64,000 nt of DNA. Origin: Arcobacteraceae bacterium (lineage in GTDB: Bacteria > Campylobacterota > Campylobacteria > Campylobacterales > Arcobacteraceae). How positions within the stretch are numbered: the stretch's first letter is position 1; each line of letters begins with the position of its first letter. This document shows positions 38,402-47,697 of the stretch, one piece after another. The translations under genes were made by a program, and so were the position numbers. The stretch is taken from the NCBI GenBank assembly GCA_963676205.2, contig CAXXUS010000001.1:79725-143724 (forward strand). The letters are read 5' to 3'. The notes below the pieces were generated by a model. The model made no database searches. It was not told the origin of the DNA and was given only the letters and a program-made list of their open reading frames with translations.

Positions 38402-40228
38402 TTGAAGGTTTTCAATCATATCTACAGCGATAAAGGCTCGCTAAAAAAATTCACAAAAAATAACAATATTTGTGATAATAGTAATACAATTTTACAAATA
38501 TTTTATAAAAAATCTAATGTTACTATATTTAACACTATTAAAAAGATCATCAAACAAGAGTTTCCAAAGATCAAAATAATCAAAACTCCAAGTTCAAGTA
38601 TAAAAAACGATAAAACAATATTAAGTTTTATAGTTCTTGGAAATAAAACAAAGTATAAAAAAGAACTAAAAAAGATAAATACACTTCTTGATCAATATAA
38701 GAACGTGGTTGATTATAATAGTATCATCTCTAAAACCGATCTAAAAGGGAAGATAACCTATGCAAATGAAAAGTTTTGCAAGGTTTGTGGATATACCAAG
38801 CAAGAGCTTATAGGAAAGAACCATAATATAGTTAGAAGTAAAGATACACCAAAAGATATCTATAAAGAGCTATGGGATACGATACAAAAAAAACAGACTT
38901 GGCAAGGGATATTAAAGAACCGAACTAAAAATGGTGAGAACTATTATGTTGAAAGTACTGTTATGCCGATACTTGACGAAAAAGGTGAGATCTGCGAATA
39001 TATAGCACTACGACACAATATCACTGAGATTATGAACCCAAAAAGAAGGTTGATTGAGAAGATCAAAGTTATAGAAGAGCCTATGCTTGTGATGATAAAA
39101 ATAGATGGTTATGAGATACTAGAGGATTTTTATGATCAAGAGAGTGTTGAGACTATTGAAGATAGTTTATCTCTACAGATATTAGACTTTTTTCCAAAAG
39201 AGTGTAGATTTGATAAGGTATACCAGTTTGGAAACGGTGAGTTTGGGTTTTTAAAAGATATGAAAAACAACCCTATAACACTTCAAGAGCAACATAAACA
39301 TCTTAAAAAATTTCAAGATAATATATCAGATGCAAAAGTTATACTAAAAGATTATGAGTACGATATAAATATTATCATCTCTTTTGCAACAGGCAAAAGA
39401 GATATCTTTGAAAATGTGATATACGGTTTAAAAAAAGCGCAAAAAGACAAGCTTGATATTGTCTTTGCCAACGATCTTATAGAACAAAAACAAAAACAAG
39501 CCATACACAATATAAATATGATAAAAATGGTTAAAAATGCTTTGGTAGATAAAAGGATAGTATCATATTATCAACCTATCTTTTGCAATAAGAGCAATAA
39601 GATCAAAAAATATGAATCTTTGGTAAGGCTGATCGATGAAGATAAAAACGTTATAACCCCTTACCATTTTATAGACCTTTCAAAAAAGGGTAAATACTAC
39701 AGCCAGATCACAAATACTGTATTAGATCAAGCTTTTGTTTTATTGGATAAAACGGAATGTGACGTTAGTATCAATATCTCAATGCTCGATATTGAGAACG
39801 GATATATTAGAAACAAGATCATAAACCTTTTAAAACTAAATGCCACTAAAGCTAAAAGAGTTGTTTTTGAACTTTTAGAGGATGAAAATGCTAAAGATTA
39901 CAAACTAGTTTTTGACTTTATATCTTTAATCAAAGGTTTAGGTGCTAAAATAGCAATAGATGATTTCGGAGCAGGATATTCTAATTTTAATAGACTCTTG
40001 GAGTTTCAACCTGATATCTTAAAGATTGACGGTAGTCTTATAAAAAATATTGAAAAAGATGTTTTTAGTAAAAACGTCGTAGAGACGATACAAGCCTTTG
40101 CCGTAAAACAAAATATAGAGACTGTAGCAGAGTTTGTTTCGAGTAAAAATATCCTAAATATAGTAAATCAAATAGGTATTGATTACTCTCAAGGTTACTA
40201 TATCGGAAAGCCCGAAAACAAATTTTAA
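38402..40228 (+). CDS. PAS - degenerate GGDEF - EAL protein (putative c-di-GMP phosphodiesterase)
   Basis: PAS (ITYANEKFCKVCGYTKQELIGKNHNIVRS). Mid-domain with NGEF in place of GGDEF (YQFGNGEFGFL). EAL domain (YYQPIF, YESLVRL, FELLED, AIDDFGAGYSN, KIDGSLI, VAEFV, QGYYIGKP). TTG start. Confidence 0.85.
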   Translation: MKVFNHIYSDKGSLKKFTKNNNICDNSNTILQIFYKKSNVTIFNTIKKIIKQEFPKIKIIKTPSSSIKNDKTILSFIVLGNKTKYKKELKKINTLLDQYKNVVDYNSIISKTDLKGKITYANEKFCKVCGYTKQELIGKNHNIVRSKDTPKDIYKELWDTIQKKQTWQGILKNRTKNGENYYVESTVMPILDEKGEICEYIALRHNITEIMNPKRRLIEKIKVIEEPMLVMIKIDGYEILEDFYDQESVETIEDSLSLQILDFFPKECRFDKVYQFGNGEFGFLKDMKNNPITLQEQHKHLKKFQDNISDAKVILKDYEYDINIIISFATGKRDIFENVIYGLKKAQKDKLDIVFANDLIEQKQKQAIHNINMIKMVKNALVDKRIVSYYQPIFCNKSNKIKKYESLVRLIDEDKNVITPYHFIDLSKKGKYYSQITNTVLDQAFVLLDKTECDVSINISMLDIENGYIRNKIINLLKLNATKAKRVVFELLEDENAKDYKLVFDFISLIKGLGAKIAIDDFGAGYSNFNRLLEFQPDILKIDGSLIKNIEKDVFSKNVVETIQAFAVKQNIETVAEFVSSKNILNIVNQIGIDYSQGYYIGKPENKF

Positions 40229-40304
40229 ACTATTTTTAAGAAATATATAACCAAAATTTGGATATAATTAAAAATAATAAAAAAATTTATCGAAAGGATC
40301 TGAT

Positions 40305-41876
40305 ATGGCCGGAATGTTAGGACAACTCGGAAGTCAAGGTGCTGCCGGACTATCACAAGCAAATATTGATAAATTAAAAGCTAGTGAAAGAGAGGCAAAA
40401 GTAAAGCCTTTAGAGACTTCTCTTTCAAAATGGGAAGAGGAAAGAACTGCTCTTGGAGCTATAAAATCCAAAGTAAACGAATTCTTAGATGCTGCAAAAG
40501 CGTTTGATCTTTACTCTAAAGAAAACGCTTTTGAGCAGATGAGTGCGCAAACCGAAGGTAGTTCTGCAACATTTAAATCTATAGACGGGGCAACGGTAGA
40601 TCCTGGTAATATAGACGTATTTATCAAACAACTGGCAACTAGAGATGTTTATCAAAGTAGCCAAATACCTGATATGAATGCAATGATCCATGCAGAAACT
40701 ACACCGCCTACTCCTCCACCTGAACCTACTAAGCCAAAAGAGCCTGCAAACTATAGTACATACGGTTTTATCGATGATAGTGTTGAGTATAAACAATATC
40801 AAGATGAGCTTGCAGCATATGAAGCTGCGGTTGAATCGTACGATGCTAGAATAGAAGAGTATAATCAGCAGATGCTAGAATACAATAACTTTATGGCTGA
40901 AAAACAATTAGAGTTCCAAACAGACCCTGGAGTTGAACCTAAACTTATAATCGATACAGCAGGTAAAGCTTATGAGTTTAAAACATATGGAAAAACATAC
41001 CAAGAGCTTTTTGATGAGATGCGTGCAATTGATGATATAGACGTATCTTTAGCAAAAGTTACAACCGATACTTCTAGAATCGCTATAAAAAGCGGCGAGT
41101 CAGGAACGGAAAATGCTCTAAAAATAACTCAAAACAATGTATTTTTAGGACTAGGACCAAACGATGCAAATGCCCATGTGGTTGAAGCACAAGATATGGT
41201 TGCAAATATCGACGGTATCGATTATCAATACCCTACAAATACTATAGAGATAAAAGAGGGTCTGATGATGACCGCAGTTAGTGCAGGTAAATCATCTATA
41301 CATATTGAAAGGGATGATGGAACCATTATGCCTGCAATCAATAATTTCGTTGATAAATACAATGCATTAGTTGATGAGCTTAATACTGCAACGATAGATC
41401 CAAACTCACCTATAAACGATAGATCTAACCTAAGAATGATACAATCTCAAGTAAAAAGTATCTTGATGCAAGGTTACGGTAAGAACGGAGAGAACAATCT
41501 TTTTGTAAACGGTTTTGGTTTTGATAAACAAGGGAAACTTTCAGTTGATCAAACAAAACTAAGTAGCGAGATCACTAACAACTACGGACTTATAAAAGAG
41601 ATGTTTGTAGGAAATAGCATAAATATGACCCAAGGTATGGGTACAAGAATGTCTGAATACCTTGATTCACTTGATGGTTATAACGGTGGATTAAGCCTTT
41701 ATGAATCAAATCTAAACCATAGAAAAGAGGTTTTAGAAAAGGAAAAAGAGGATGCTATCGAAGATCTAGATAGAAAATACCAAGATCTTGCAAATAAATA
41801 CGCCGCTTACAGTGACGTGATCAATAAAATGGAGACTTCATTTAAAGGTTTCCAAAATATGATTAGAGGCGGATGA
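40305..41876 (+). CDS. fliD: Flagellar filament cap protein FliD
   Basis: N-terminal GLSQANIDKLKASEREAKVKPLE..., central IDGIDY..., C-terminal coiled segment (RKEVLEKEKEDAIEDLDRKYQDLANKYAAYSDVINKM). Confidence 0.85.
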   Translation: MAGMLGQLGSQGAAGLSQANIDKLKASEREAKVKPLETSLSKWEEERTALGAIKSKVNEFLDAAKAFDLYSKENAFEQMSAQTEGSSATFKSIDGATVDPGNIDVFIKQLATRDVYQSSQIPDMNAMIHAETTPPTPPPEPTKPKEPANYSTYGFIDDSVEYKQYQDELAAYEAAVESYDARIEEYNQQMLEYNNFMAEKQLEFQTDPGVEPKLIIDTAGKAYEFKTYGKTYQELFDEMRAIDDIDVSLAKVTTDTSRIAIKSGESGTENALKITQNNVFLGLGPNDANAHVVEAQDMVANIDGIDYQYPTNTIEIKEGLMMTAVSAGKSSIHIERDDGTIMPAINNFVDKYNALVDELNTATIDPNSPINDRSNLRMIQSQVKSILMQGYGKNGENNLFVNGFGFDKQGKLSVDQTKLSSEITNNYGLIKEMFVGNSINMTQGMGTRMSEYLDSLDGYNGGLSLYESNLNHRKEVLEKEKEDAIEDLDRKYQDLANKYAAYSDVINKMETSFKGFQNMIRGG

Positions 41877-41880
41877 TCCT

Positions 41881-42456
41881 CTAATCTATAAAATACCTTA
41901 TAGATGCAAAGCCGTCAGCTTTTGAGGTTTTGATCTGATCTATATGCTCTTGATCTATAATTCCCCCTAAAGCTATCACTTTAAAATCTTTATAATCGCT
42001 ACATTTATCTTTTAAAGCGTTTAGAGCATCTATCCCTTTTGGTTTACCCTTATATGGCGTATAAAAAATAGGTGAGTAAGTTATTGCATCAGCTCCGCTC
42101 TCATAAGCTTTTTTTGCCTCATCAAAATCGTGACAACTTATGATCGTAAAAAGCCCTTGTTGTTTACAATAAGCGATCTTATCAAACTGTTTTGATGTAA
42201 GGTGTATAGCGTTAAAGCCTAACTCTAAAGCCAGCTCAATATTTGAATTGATCACTATAGTTTCTATTTTATTCTCTTTGCAGGTATCTAAAAAAACTTT
42301 GGCTAGCTTTGTTATATCATCGGAGCACTTATCTCTAAAGCCTGCAATATCTATCTTATGTGCTTTTATAGATCGTACTAGTTTCTTTTTTAATTCAAAC
42401 TCATTATCTCCGTAGTATTTGGGGTCAGTGATAAGATAGCTTATAAAATCATTCAT
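41881..42456 (-). CDS. Thiamine-phosphate synthase family protein (ThiE/TenI-like)
   Basis: YLITDPKYY start, AIHLTSKQ, GADAITYSPIFYTPYKG, ALGGI. 191 aa. ThiE versus TenI cannot be told by eye. Confidence 0.65.
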   Translation of the reverse strand: MNDFISYLITDPKYYGDNEFELKKKLVRSIKAHKIDIAGFRDKCSDDITKLAKVFLDTCKENKIETIVINSNIELALELGFNAIHLTSKQFDKIAYCKQQGLFTIISCHDFDEAKKAYESGADAITYSPIFYTPYKGKPKGIDALNALKDKCSDYKDFKVIALGGIIDQEHIDQIKTSKADGFASIRYFID

Positions 42457-42469
42457 GTTTTTTCTCCAT

Positions 42470-42502
42470 AAAAAAAGGGCTTCATAAAATGAAGCCCTTT
42501 TT
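42470..42502 (-). terminator. Rho-independent terminator downstream of atpB
   Basis: Minus strand reads GGGCTTCAT-ttt-ATGAAGCCC followed by T7. It begins about 20 nt after the atpB stop. Confidence 0.75.
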
Positions 42503-42521
42503 AAAATATCATAAGATCATA

Positions 42522-43208
42522 TTAGTGATCTTCGTGCTCCATCATAACTGATCCAGCTATATAAACATATGTAAGGATCATAAAGATAAATGTTTGAAGT
42601 AGACCAAACGCTGTTAATAGGAAAAATCCTGGAAGCGGTGCAATCCAAGGTACTAGCATTAAAAGTACCATTAAGAACATATCATCCCCTCTTACTGAAC
42701 CAAAAAGCCTGAACGATAATGAGATGATTCTTGAAAAGTGTGAAATGATCTCAATTGGGAACATTAAAGGTGCAAGTGCAGGAACAGGACCCATAAAGTG
42801 TCCAAAATATTTTGCAAAACCGTTTTTCTTAATACCTAAATAGTTATAATATACAAATACGATGATAGCTAAAGATAAAGTAAAGTTGATATTTCCAGTT
42901 ACTGATTCAAAACCAGGAACGATACCCATCATATTACTTACGAAAATAAATAAACCAAGTGCAGCAATTAGCGGCATAAATGTTCTAGAGTTCTCTTCAC
43001 CCATAGAATCTTTACCGATTGAGATAACACCTTGGATATATGCTTCCATTAGATTTTGAGAACCTGTAGGAACCAGTTGAACCTTTCTTGTTGCAGCTTT
43101 TGCTACCATAAAAATTATAGCAACTACTAAAAATAAGTGTGACAGAATCATCCATAATTGATCGTGTCCACCTAAAGCACCTAAAAATGTAAATAATCTA
43201 CCTTCCAT
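42522..43208 (-). CDS. atpB: F0F1 ATP synthase subunit a
   Basis: Polytopic, 228 aa. Conserved Arg helix LSFRLFGSVRGDDM and C-terminal LLQTFIFMILTYVYI. Confidence 0.9.
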   Translation of the reverse strand: MEGRLFTFLGALGGHDQLWMILSHLFLVVAIIFMVAKAATRKVQLVPTGSQNLMEAYIQGVISIGKDSMGEENSRTFMPLIAALGLFIFVSNMMGIVPGFESVTGNINFTLSLAIIVFVYYNYLGIKKNGFAKYFGHFMGPVPALAPLMFPIEIISHFSRIISLSFRLFGSVRGDDMFLMVLLMLVPWIAPLPGFFLLTAFGLLQTFIFMILTYVYIAGSVMMEHEDH

Positions 43209-43316
43209 TTTTTTCCTTTTATTAAACTCTTATATTTAAATAGTCCAGAATTATATTAAATATTTGCTAAAATTAAGATAAATATAAATATTGCTATGTA
43301 TATTTTTTATACAGTT

Positions 43317-44924
43317 CTATCTTCCGCCCCATTTTGAGACAAATGCAATATTTACTTTCATATATTTTGGTATATCTTCACCGTCGTAATATCCGTCATT
43401 TTCAGCTTTCATAGCAGAGATATCAAACTGACCCCATTTTAGACCAAACCCAAAGCCTGCAGTATAGATATAACCATCATTAAAACTATTATCCCCAATA
43501 TCTTTCATAACACCTGTTCTTATAGAAAACCAGCTTCCAGGGTGAAACTCTATCCCTGCACCGATCTTTTGTGTTGTTTCGCCATCGATCAGGGTATCGT
43601 TTTTTGTAAGATCATAATCTATTGCAAACTCTGCCATATCATTAAATAATTGACGACTCACCCCTATTCTATATGCAGGTTTTAATTTTATAGTTTCATT
43701 ATCTATTTTAAATGTTGGCGAGTTTAGGTTTTTTCCCACTAAACCAATTATAGTGCTACTATCTCTTGGTTGATATGCTACACCAAGGTCTATTCCCACG
43801 TTAGTATTAAATTCAAAATCATTATCCTCGCTTAGATCCTCTACTGCATCACTACCACTTTGCAGTGAAATAGATTTTGATTTCATCGTTAAGTTCATCA
43901 ATTTAACATTTAGTCCATAACCCAAATAACCGTTTAGATATTGTGAAGTATCAGAAAAAGTTAGTGGAATCTCGGTTAAAAACATAGCCTTAGCATCAAC
44001 TCCTATGAGTCCTGAATCTATAGCGTACATTATAGATGATTGTGTATATTCATTTTCATCTGTAAAACTTATCTGATCTGTATCTGGATCATATTTTACA
44101 TATTGATCATCATTTTTAACAATAAGCTCAGTATGCGCTGAAGATGTTTTTATCTTAATTGCAGCATCCACATACATAAATACACCAATAGCAAAGTTTT
44201 TGTCTATAAGCGAGCTTATATAAGCATCAACTGAAAAATATAAGGCATTGTTAGATGATAGGTTAGAGATAACATCTTGTATCTTTTTTATATTCGCTCT
44301 ATCCTCTGTACTTGTATTTAATGTAACTGTAAGTCCAGATAATAAAGAGTTTAGATCATCAGTTGACGCACGACTAACTGCACTTCTTGTTATTATATTA
44401 CCGCTACTATCAACTAGTCCTGCATTTTCCAATTGATCTAAAACATCATTTGTGATATATCCGTCATTTGCAAGAGTATCTAAGGTTGCTTGGGTTATAA
44501 CTTCATTCTCTATTAATGTTGAGAATGTCTCTGTCAAAGTTTCTGTATCTAAAGTATCACCACTATTGAGTATCGAAGTTATCGCATCAGAAATTGTAGA
44601 GGTATCAAAAGTAAATCCAGTAACAACATCAGAAGCTGCTTCTTCGATATTATCAATAGTATCCTCTAATTCTGCATTCTCTAGAGTATCTAAGTTTCTT
44701 GCTATATTATTTTCACGATATGTAAGAGCTACACCTATAGAAAACTCTGTACTATTTGGTGAAGCCAGCAATAGTGCAGGGTTATAGTATGAAGCTAAAG
44801 ATGCAGGTGCATTAGCAGTTCCAACACCACCCATACCTGTAGCTTTAAATCCTATTGGATCAAAATAATTATATGAGAATAAACAATTTACAGATAAAAA
44901 AAGAGTAACTATAATCTTTTTCAA
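43317..44924 (-). CDS. Outer-membrane beta-barrel protein (TraF_2-like family) with an acidic Asp/Thr/Ser-rich insert
   Basis: Signal peptide. GFKATGMGGVGTANAPASLASYYNPALL N-terminal motif. Alternating beta-strand C-terminal half ending in an aromatic-rich segment. About 150 aa low-complexity insert (residues ~75-225). Confidence 0.6.
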   Translation of the reverse strand: MKKIIVTLFLSVNCLFSYNYFDPIGFKATGMGGVGTANAPASLASYYNPALLLASPNSTEFSIGVALTYRENNIARNLDTLENAELEDTIDNIEEAASDVVTGFTFDTSTISDAITSILNSGDTLDTETLTETFSTLIENEVITQATLDTLANDGYITNDVLDQLENAGLVDSSGNIITRSAVSRASTDDLNSLLSGLTVTLNTSTEDRANIKKIQDVISNLSSNNALYFSVDAYISSLIDKNFAIGVFMYVDAAIKIKTSSAHTELIVKNDDQYVKYDPDTDQISFTDENEYTQSSIMYAIDSGLIGVDAKAMFLTEIPLTFSDTSQYLNGYLGYGLNVKLMNLTMKSKSISLQSGSDAVEDLSEDNDFEFNTNVGIDLGVAYQPRDSSTIIGLVGKNLNSPTFKIDNETIKLKPAYRIGVSRQLFNDMAEFAIDYDLTKNDTLIDGETTQKIGAGIEFHPGSWFSIRTGVMKDIGDNSFNDGYIYTAGFGFGLKWGQFDISAMKAENDGYYDGEDIPKYMKVNIAFVSKWGGR

Positions 44925-44996
44925 AATAATTCCTTATGCTTTTATCTATAAATTATACCAAATTTAATTTAATTTAAAGAAAAGAATAGTATTTCT

Positions 44997-46205
44997 TTAA
45001 TAAAACTGTGTAAATTTATACCCATGTTTACTAAGCTCTTCAGATATTAGCTTTTGATGCTCTTCACCTTTTGTTTCAAGTGCTATTGTAACATAAGCTT
45101 CACCAAACTCTAGATTTACCGAATTTCTATCGTAATCTATCTGAACTATATTTGCCGCACAAGACTTAAATATCTCTGTTAATAGCATAAGTGAACCTGG
45201 CTTATCTATCAATATTACAGAAAGGTTCATTTTTCTATGAGATTTAACCAAACCTTTTTCAATGATCTGAGCTAGCATAGTTACGTCAATATTACCGCCG
45301 CTTAAAACCGTCACAGTTCTTTTATCTTTAGTATCGATCTTTTTATGAAGCATTGCTGCAACACCTACAGCACCAGCCCCCTCAACCACAAGTTTTTGAG
45401 ACTCAAGCAAGAAAAGAATAGCATTTGCCACCTCTCTATCTTCAACTTCAACTATCTCATCCACGTTATTTTTTACAAGTTCGAACATTTTTGGATTTGT
45501 ATCACGTACTGCTATACCATCAGCTATAGTTTTTACACTTAAAGAATCAACAGCTTTTCCTTGCTCAAAAGAATCAAGCATAGCCCTTGCACCGCTTGCA
45601 ACTACACCTACTACTTTGATCTGAGGCTTTAACTCTTTTACAACAGTAGCAATACCGCTGATAAGTCCACCTCCACCTATAGGGATCACTATAGTATCTA
45701 TATTATCAAGCTCTTCAAGTATCTCTAAAAAGATAGTTCCTTGTCCACAGATAACATCATCATCCGCATAAGGGTGAACAAAAGTTTTATTATGCTCTTT
45801 TGCATAATCTGTTGCGAACTTATAACACTCATCATAATTTGATCCATGAAGAATAACCTCTGCACCATGTGATCGTACACCGCTTATTTTTGTAAGTGGA
45901 GTCGCTTCAGGCATTACAATAGTTGCATTGCAACCGTAATATTTAGCACTATAGGCTACACCTTGCGCATGGTTTCCTGCACTTGAAGCAACCACACCTA
46001 GTGCTCTTTCATCTTCGCTTAGTTTTGATATTTTATTAAAAGCACCTCTGATCTTAAAACTTCCCGTGATCTGTAGATTCTCTTTTTTTAAATATATATC
46101 TCCGCCTAATCTATTACTTAGAATAGGTGCATATGCAAGGGGAGTTTTATGTATCACTTTTTGAAGTTTTGTTTGTGCTTCTTTTATATCATTTAATGTT
46201 ATCAT
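44997..46205 (-). CDS. ilvA: Threonine ammonia-lyase (short form with one ACT-like domain)
   Basis: PLP lysine motif GSFKIRGA, SSAGNHAQGVA, GGGGLISG, C-terminal regulatory domain. 402 aa. Confidence 0.9.
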   Translation of the reverse strand: MITLNDIKEAQTKLQKVIHKTPLAYAPILSNRLGGDIYLKKENLQITGSFKIRGAFNKISKLSEDERALGVVASSAGNHAQGVAYSAKYYGCNATIVMPEATPLTKISGVRSHGAEVILHGSNYDECYKFATDYAKEHNKTFVHPYADDDVICGQGTIFLEILEELDNIDTIVIPIGGGGLISGIATVVKELKPQIKVVGVVASGARAMLDSFEQGKAVDSLSVKTIADGIAVRDTNPKMFELVKNNVDEIVEVEDREVANAILFLLESQKLVVEGAGAVGVAAMLHKKIDTKDKRTVTVLSGGNIDVTMLAQIIEKGLVKSHRKMNLSVILIDKPGSLMLLTEIFKSCAANIVQIDYDRNSVNLEFGEAYVTIALETKGEEHQKLISEELSKHGYKFTQFY

Positions 46206-46265
46206 TCCATCTCATTTATTTAATATTTTCGTGAATTTTACTACAAAAATGCAAAAAGAGAGTTT

Positions 46266-46898
46266 ATGAACAAATCAAGCAAAGAAAAATCTATTTTTAT
46301 AACGGCTACAAATACCGATGTGGGGAAAACCTATGCAGCACAAAGGTTTTTAAAACACTATGCAAAAAAAGGTTACAAGGTTGGTTATTTTAAACCGATC
46401 GAAACAGGAGTTGAAGATCAACCGCTAGATGGTAAGAAGATGTATGATCTTGTAAAAAAGCTAAATCCCGACTTTAAACCCACTTTAGAAGAGGTAGTTC
46501 CATATAGATATAGAGTTCCAGCATCACCTTTTGTGTCAAAGAAGTATGAACCAAAGATAAAAATAGATATCAAATTTATAAAAGCACAAAAAAAATATCT
46601 TCAAAAATATTGCGATATTTTAGTAATAGAAGGAGCTGGTGGATTAATGGTTCCTATAAAAAAGAACTATTTTATGATCGATCTTATAAAAGATCTAAAA
46701 ACAAAAGCTGTACTTATAACGCCAAGTCGATTAGGGTGTATCAATGATACTTTACTGAGTATTGAAACACTCAAAAGGGCAGAGGTCCCTTTTGAATGGT
46801 ATGTGAATCTTTTCTTAGACAAGGAGAGATTTGAAAAGATCACACTCCCCTTTTACGAGGAGTATTTTAAAAAAATAGAATATTTACACAACATTTAA
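46266..46898 (+). CDS. bioD: Dethiobiotin synthase
   Basis: IFITATNTDVGKTY P-loop, FKPIETG, IEGAGGLMVP. Confidence 0.85.
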   Translation: MNKSSKEKSIFITATNTDVGKTYAAQRFLKHYAKKGYKVGYFKPIETGVEDQPLDGKKMYDLVKKLNPDFKPTLEEVVPYRYRVPASPFVSKKYEPKIKIDIKFIKAQKKYLQKYCDILVIEGAGGLMVPIKKNYFMIDLIKDLKTKAVLITPSRLGCINDTLLSIETLKRAEVPFEWYVNLFLDKERFEKITLPFYEEYFKKIEYLHNI

Positions 46899-46923
46899 AC
46901 GCCAACCATCCGCCCAAAAAGTT

Positions 46924-47133
46924 TTAATACCCTTTTGTGGTATTTATGCCAGGTTTTTGTTCATCTCCAATATAATCATCAACTGTATTAAAATTATATT
47001 TAACTATTGCATAAGCTGCACCTACAACTAAGATGAATAATACAACTAAATATATTAGTCTTCTTTTTTCAGGACTCTCTTTTCCGTTATAATCATCGAT
47101 TTGTTCTAATGAAGGTTCGTTATCTAAAGCCAT
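46924..47133 (-). CDS. Small single-TM protein (hypothetical)
   Basis: 69 aa: acidic N-terminus, then one TM (LIYLVVLFILVVGAAYAIV). No homology recognised. Confidence 0.4.
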   Translation of the reverse strand: MALDNEPSLEQIDDYNGKESPEKRRLIYLVVLFILVVGAAYAIVKYNFNTVDDYIGDEQKPGINTTKGY

Positions 47134-47267
47134 ATATAATCCTTTCTTATATTAAATATTAGCTATTGTGAATTATAATTGTTTCTTAATAAATTTTGAA
47201 GATAAAAATATTACTAGTAGAGAAGTTTAATAAAAGTTTTAGGTTGGGTGGTATATTTGATAAGGAG

Positions 47268-47642
47268 TTAAATATTAGGAAGAAGTTTTTCTAAGGTTTC
47301 TAGTCCTAAGCTATCCATCTCTAGCTGTATCTGAGCCATTTTTTTAGAATCATGGTTAAAGATAAGTGGAGCTATCATATTTACTATAGATTTTTTAACA
47401 GGGTTTTGCAACACAAAGATATAAAAAACAGAATATTTTGAGTTCTCTTTAAGTTCTAGTTTTTTAGCATCTTCAGCTTTTATTTCAAACTCGACGTTCT
47501 TGATTGAATCAAAACTGATCACTCTAATCTCGATACCGTTAGGCTCGCTTTTGATCATAGAGAAAAAATCATCAATACTTTCAAGCTCGAACTTGTTTTC
47601 TTTTTCAAATCCGGCAAGTGGCACAACCACTTCATATACCAT
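47268..47642 (-). CDS. fliW: Flagellar assembly factor FliW
   Basis: 124 aa. GFEKENKFELESIDD...FFSMIKSEP...FYIFVLQNP...NMIAPLIFN follows the FliW pattern. Confidence 0.8.
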   Translation of the reverse strand: MVYEVVVPLAGFEKENKFELESIDDFFSMIKSEPNGIEIRVISFDSIKNVEFEIKAEDAKKLELKENSKYSVFYIFVLQNPVKKSIVNMIAPLIFNHDSKKMAQIQLEMDSLGLETLEKLLPNI

Positions 47643-47697
47643 CTTTTACTACCCTTTTAAATTATTGAAAAAGTATAACTAAAAATAATTATCTTTG

